Source: a virus
Taxonomy: Duplodnaviria; Caudoviricetes
Length of the DNA stretch: 48,576 nt
Reading direction: 5' to 3' (one strand)
Virus record (IMG/VR): IMGVR_UViG_3300030372_001698
Span: 1-48,576 of that record
The translations under genes were made by a program, and so were the position numbers. The notes beneath the pieces are model-generated. The model saw only the letters and a program-made list of their open reading frames with translations. It was not told the origin of the DNA and did no database searches. Each line of letters opens with the position of its first letter. The stretch's first letter is position 1. Below are positions 48,226 to 48,576 of the stretch, one piece after another.

Positions 48226-48567
48226 ATGTCTAAGCAATTTGACTTTAATTCATTCAATAAATCTAACGACACAGTCGTTAGTAAATCATCAGACGCGGAC
48301 TACTTCTTCAATGTAGAAGCGTCGACTGTTAACGCACTCACTGGTCAAACAGAGAAAATGCGTAAGCGTCATGATGATTTGAATTCATCTATCACAAGTG
48401 CGGTAGCAAATCCTGATATTGTTTGCTATCTATCAGTAAGTGTAACTATTACACCTGATAATATGCAAGCACTTGTTGATGAAATTCAAGGAAAAGGTTG
48501 GACACTCCAGCCTCTGGATAAGTCCAAGTCTGGTAAAACCTTCGGTTATATCATCAATCCTTCATAA
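48226..48567 (+). CDS. hypothetical protein, probable first early gene (113 aa)
   Basis: strong GAAAGGAG RBS; same strand as genes at 54 onward. Confidence 0.8.
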   Translation: MSKQFDFNSFNKSNDTVVSKSSDADYFFNVEASTVNALTGQTEKMRKRHDDLNSSITSAVANPDIVCYLSVSVTITPDNMQALVDEIQGKGWTLQPLDKSKSGKTFGYIINPS

Positions 48568-48576
48568 CCTTTCCCT

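Noticed and set aside
1-48576. tRNA genes, CRISPR arrays, integrase or IS elements, terminal direct repeats
   Set aside because: None seen by eye: no T-loop/cloverleaf, no regularly spaced repeats, no recombinase or transposase motifs, no end-to-end overlap
1-48576. Alternative genetic code as in some crAss-like phages
   Set aside because: Long ORFs are intact under the standard code, and TAA, TAG and TGA all end genes

Overview
This AT-rich window looks like an essentially complete genome of a lytic, podovirus-like dsDNA phage. It has two divergent/convergent arms. The plus-strand early/replication arm (48226-48567, continuing at 54-11703) carries small ORFs, a Rad52/Sak-like annealing protein, SSB, primase-helicase and a Holliday-junction resolvase, with no recognisable DNA polymerase or integrase. 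The minus-strand late arm (47982 to 11867) carries terminase, portal, scaffold, major capsid, adaptors, tail fibres, holins, lysozyme, nozzle and ejection proteins. The standout is a compact four-gene early operon (2996-6829) that appears to be a phage-encoded ubiquitin-like conjugation pathway: a beta-grasp Ubl precursor ending KTGG-VPAVA, a 623-aa protein with a candidate E2 active-site Cys, a JAB/JAMM protease with an intact motif, and a ThiF/E1 enzyme. No sulfur-cofactor genes are nearby. Other notable items are a 3374-aa putative virion RNA polymerase with two-barrel motifs (DKDID), a GAMT/Rmt2-like methyltransferase in the tail module, a head-tail adaptor apparently split by Lys-rich micro-ORFs, several inverted-repeat-closed structured intergenic elements, and an SD-led Met-Arg-stop minigene. 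All calls come from motif reading by eye; no database searches were run.
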